Positions 63,589-64,000 of a stretch of 64,000 nucleotides of DNA are shown here, piece after piece; the stretch's first letter is position 1; each line of letters opens with the position of its first letter. The translations under genes and the position numbers were made by a program. Under the pieces are notes generated by a model, which was not told where the DNA came from, did no database searches, and saw only the letters and a list, made by a program, of their open reading frames with translations. The DNA comes from Octopus sinensis. Its lineage: Eukaryota. Location of the stretch: the NCBI RefSeq assembly GCF_006345805.1, contig NC_043018.1, forward strand, positions 24,180,001-24,244,000. The letters run 5' to 3'.

Positions 63589-64000
63589 TCATCATAAATA
63601 ATGCGTTATTTATACAAAAGTTTTCTTTTAATCTAAAATATACTCTCCATTTTCTACAATGCTCTTCCATCTATCTGGTAGACTTGCAAAACCCCTCTTC
63701 CAAAATTCACTTGTCCGTGACGAAAAATACTCCTCCAGTATTGTTCTGACCTCGTCTACAGAATTCTTATTTTCCTGTCCAAACGATTTTGAAGACGGTG
63801 GAAGAAATGGTAATTAGATGGGGCATGTCAAATTATGCATTTTTCACCATCCACATCATTAAGCAGACTTCTAGATGCGGTCATCTCATAGAAGGATCCT
63901 ACGAACCTCTGTGACAAGAGAACCAGCAGTCATGTCGACTCTATGGAAAACCCTGGCTCTGGGCAGCTTATATTACTGCTCACAGCTTTGGTCTCCTAAT
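63587..64000 (-). mobile_element. mariner transposase C-terminal relic
   Basis: Minus-strand frames give PSNYHFFHRLQNRLD and NSVDEVRTILEEYFSSRTSEFWKRGFASLPDRWKSIVE; frameshifted. Confidence 0.75.

Overview
AT-rich, microsatellite-saturated animal genomic DNA. The repeat landscape (tRNA-headed SINEs, RTE/CR1 LINE ends, mariner relics, Helitrons, TA/CA/CAT arrays) looks like an octopus/coleoid cephalopod; this is my inference, not a database result. A 100-N scaffold gap at 31810-31909 splits the window. One host gene is supportable: a CNP-like (2',3'-cyclic-nucleotide 3'-phosphodiesterase) gene on +, with two coding exons (13222-13885, 22138-23174; 566 aa spliced). Its P-loop kinase-like domain is intact, but both HxT catalytic motifs of the 2H phosphodiesterase domain appear replaced, it has a ~180-aa charged insertion, and it lacks the CaaX tail. 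The most striking non-coding signal is a set of type I hammerhead-ribozyme motifs in Penelope-like/retrozyme-like repeats. Three canonical copies sit in an inverted-plus-partial-tandem element at 49936-51118 (531 nt between predicted cleavage sites). Four variant-core copies sit in a tandem pair of fold-back elements at 47217-48590 with the same topology. Further dispersed motifs lie at 364, 16735, 19137 and 26329, the last beside a Penelope-type GIY-YIG relic. Nearly all other listed ORFs are microsatellite translations.
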